From contig OZ250169.1 in the NCBI GenBank assembly GCA_965237955.1, positions 4,032,001 through 4,096,000 on the forward strand: DNA of 64,000 nucleotides, in the 5' to 3' direction. The notes beneath the pieces were generated by a model, which saw only the letters and a list, made by a program, of their open reading frames with translations, did no database searches and was not told the origin of the DNA. Both the position numbers and the translations under genes were made by a program. Each line of letters starts with the position of its first letter. The first letter of the stretch is position 1. This DNA is from Candidatus Marinacidobacterales bacterium. Its GTDB lineage: Bacteria > Acidobacteriota > Vicinamibacteria > Marinacidobacterales > SMYC01. Positions 61,647 to 64,000 of this stretch are shown in pieces.

Positions 61647-63653
61647 CTACGAAGGAGACAAGAAGCTCTCCATAACCCAGAGCTCGAGGCGGGGAGCACC
61701 TGCGGTGAACGTAACGCGCCGGCCGTCGGGGTGGAGCCGCAGATCCCGGAGCTCGTCCATCGCGAGTCCCGTTGGCTGAGCCGCTCCTCCGTCCAGCGGG
61801 ATGCGCCAGACAGAGGCTTCTTCTTCGGCGCGTTTCCTAACGACGAGCAACGAGCCCTCTCCACCGAACGTCTGAATGTGGACGTCGTCTTGCTCCTGGA
61901 AGACAAGGCGCGGTGCACCCCCCTCCGACGGCATGACGTAGATCCGACCTTCCTTCTGGAAGGCGAGCGCTCGGCCACTCGGAGACAATGCGAAGTCGAA
62001 GATTCCGGCACCGTCGAGCTTTCGCTCGCTTCCCTTCTCGATGTCGTACCAGAGGAGCTCGCCGCGACGCGAAAACCAGAGGCGTTTTCCGTCCGGGCCG
62101 AGCTCGAAATCGGCCACGTCGCCAGCCAGCAAGCGCTCCGTCGCACCGGTGTCGACGTCGACGCCGTAGATCCCGGCCGCCCCATGTGCGGCATCCGCGT
62201 GGATTAGAATCCGGCGTCCATTCGGAGCCCAACGTGGGCGTCCGAGCTGTCGCAGATGGGGGACGAGCTCACGTTCCTCTCCGCTTTCGAGCGCGCGCAC
62301 AATGAGAGTCTGGAAGCCGGGAACGCCGGGAAGATAGCCTCGCTGTGAAACGTAGGCGAGGTATTTTCCGTCGCGCGATCAGTCGGAGTAGCCGGCGGCC
62401 CGCATGTGCCGCTCGTCCACGACCGTCGGCACCTTTTCGATGGCCCCGGACTTCGGATCCAGGGAGGCCAGATACACCTCACTCCCTCCGGCGCTGAACT
62501 GGTAATAATAGGCGCCGTCGCGGGTGAGTCCGAGAGGGCGGCATCGACCCATATCCTTTCGCACCACGACAGGAGTCCCCTGGGGCTCGCCCTCCCGCAT
62601 GGAGAGTGCAAACACACCGAAAGTACCCGCTCGATCGCTACCAAAAACGAGGGTCTCTCCGTCACGAGCCCAGAATGGATAGACGTCGTGCGCTCCGTGG
62701 GTGACGATGGCTCGATCCTGCCCGGTTTCCAGGTCGAGAAGGTAGACATCGCGATTCGAGGCATCGGTCGGCAAATCGTAAGCGAGATAGCGGTCGTCGG
62801 GCGAAAGACTCATGCCGAGTGGGAAACACTCCCCTAGATCTCTCACAACACGAAGCGCTCCGTCCTCGACCGAGACGAGCGCGATCCGGTTCGCGACGTC
62901 ACGGCCGGATAGACCGAGCAGAATCTCTCTCCCGCGCGATGACCAGTCCACGAGCTCGATGCTTGCTCCATCCTGGGGACGGAACAAGGTCCGCTTCTCC
63001 GAGCCATCGAGGCTCACGAGCCGGAGCTCCACCCGCTCCCCTTCAGATTCGACCCATGAATAGGCAACAGAACGGCCGTCGGGAGAAACGGTCGAGCGGT
63101 AGGCGAGCCCCTGCGACCCCTCCAGGGAGCCATCGCCGGTGAGAACCTGGGTTTGTTCGGTGACGAAGTCGAAGAGGGCCAGCTCCCCGGTGTCGTCGGT
63201 AAACGAGAGATAGCGGCCATCCGCGGACGGTCTTCCAAGAAACCGGTAGCTCGAGGGCTCGACCGACCGGCGCAGCACAAGCGACGACCGATCGGCGCCG
63301 ACCGGCGATATGGGTGCGGAGAGGCGATGTGAAGCGAGAACACCCAGAAAGAGCAGGACCGCTAGAACGAGAGCAGCGAGACGACGTCGGTCATGGACAA
63401 GTGTTTCGGGTTCCGCTTCGAGTGTGGTGCGCCGGCTCTCCCACCAGCCGTCGAGCTCACTCCGAAGGGCGTAGACACTGCCTGGTCTTCCGCGATGCTG
63501 GTGGTGGACGGGCATCCCCTCGCGCTTTTCCCAGATCTGCACGGTGCGCGTCGTACGGTCGAAATAGGCGGCGATCGCCTTCCAGGAGTCCAGACGGTCA
63601 GCGGCTGGTTCCGGTAACGGAGGCTCCTCGAGCTTCTGGGGTTTCCGAGCCAC
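61647..63653 (-). CDS. HTH-like N-terminus + TM + PD40/TolB-like propeller; in-frame TGA at 62379 and frameshift near 62330
   Basis: RLDSWKAIAAYFDRTTRTVQIWEKREGMPVH, TM LAALVLAVLLFLGVLA and SPDG repeats; SD*SRDGKYLAYVS implies TGG>TGA. Confidence 0.78.
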
Positions 63654-63700
63654 GGTGACCGATTCTAGATCGCCCGCGCTTCGGTTTGGAAACGCCGAGG

Positions 63701-63903
63701 GGCGTTGGTGCATGAATCAGTTCGCGACACGCACGGATCCTATTGGCGGCCCAACTTACTCCCCGACGATCGCTTGTGATTCAGGCTTGCCCAGCTCTGC
63801 CATTCGGTTCAATACATTGCACCCGATCCTTGCCTCCTGCTTTTGCGATTCGTAGCCGCGCGCACGAAGGCTGTTTCCGAGCGTGCGCTTGTACCTGAAG
63901 AAC
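63701..63903 (-). pseudogene. 3' remnant of a second IS5/IS903-type element with its terminal IR
   Basis: FRYKRTLGNSLRARGYESQKQEARIGCNVLNRMAELGKPESQAIVGE* (stop 63756); IR-like GGCGTTGGTGCATGAATC at 63701-63718. Confidence 0.8.
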
Positions 63904-64000
63904 CGTCCACTTCACCCGGGTGTGGCCAGAGGGCGCCGAGATCGTTTCCGTTCCCTGAACGCCACCTCCTCGAAGATCCGGTCGGGGCTGAACCTCATTA

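Noticed and set aside
63904-64000. MRFSPDRIFEEVAF, resembling the DUF6760 phage-tail/eCIS small protein
   Set aside because: Too short, at the window edge, and similarity is lost after 14 residues.

Overview
GC-rich bacterial chromosome segment, most likely Acidobacteriota (inferred from an ADOP permease remnant, Ser/Thr kinase-PD40 proteins, an 'RLDSWKAIA' HTH-PD40 protein and a Tes-like radical SAM gene). It mixes metabolic genes (amidohydrolase, Sfp-type PPTase, PptH-like metallophosphoesterase, crcB/DUF190, oxidoreductase-selD fusion, RidA, D-cysteine desulfhydrase, rfbB, avtA, penicillin acylase) with many accessory loci, gene remnants and single-base frameshifts, some of which may be assembly errors. 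Main highlights: (1) a MNIO/DUF692 RiPP cassette with a Tat-signal, 4x CKGQGGC, 11-Cys precursor, bracketed by MITE-like ends and lying between a convergent PPTase / PptH-like pair; (2) a three-gene operon of a FadL-like outer-membrane barrel, a periplasmic-TPR/TM/STAND-like ATPase and a STAND-like ATPase-kinase, a candidate trans-envelope signalling system; (3) an HNH gene bracketed by ~100-120 bp inverted non-coding units, with three copies of a 20-22 bp palindrome, one inside the ORF; (4) an island with a duplicated TA operator, a TPR-cNMP-zinc-finger fusion and a degenerate EAL protein; (5) a Tes/GDGT-MAS-like radical SAM gene; (6) DnaA-box-like hairpins around a tandem ISL3 and an IS5. 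No rRNA, tRNA or CRISPR array was seen. All family calls come from motif recognition, not database searches.
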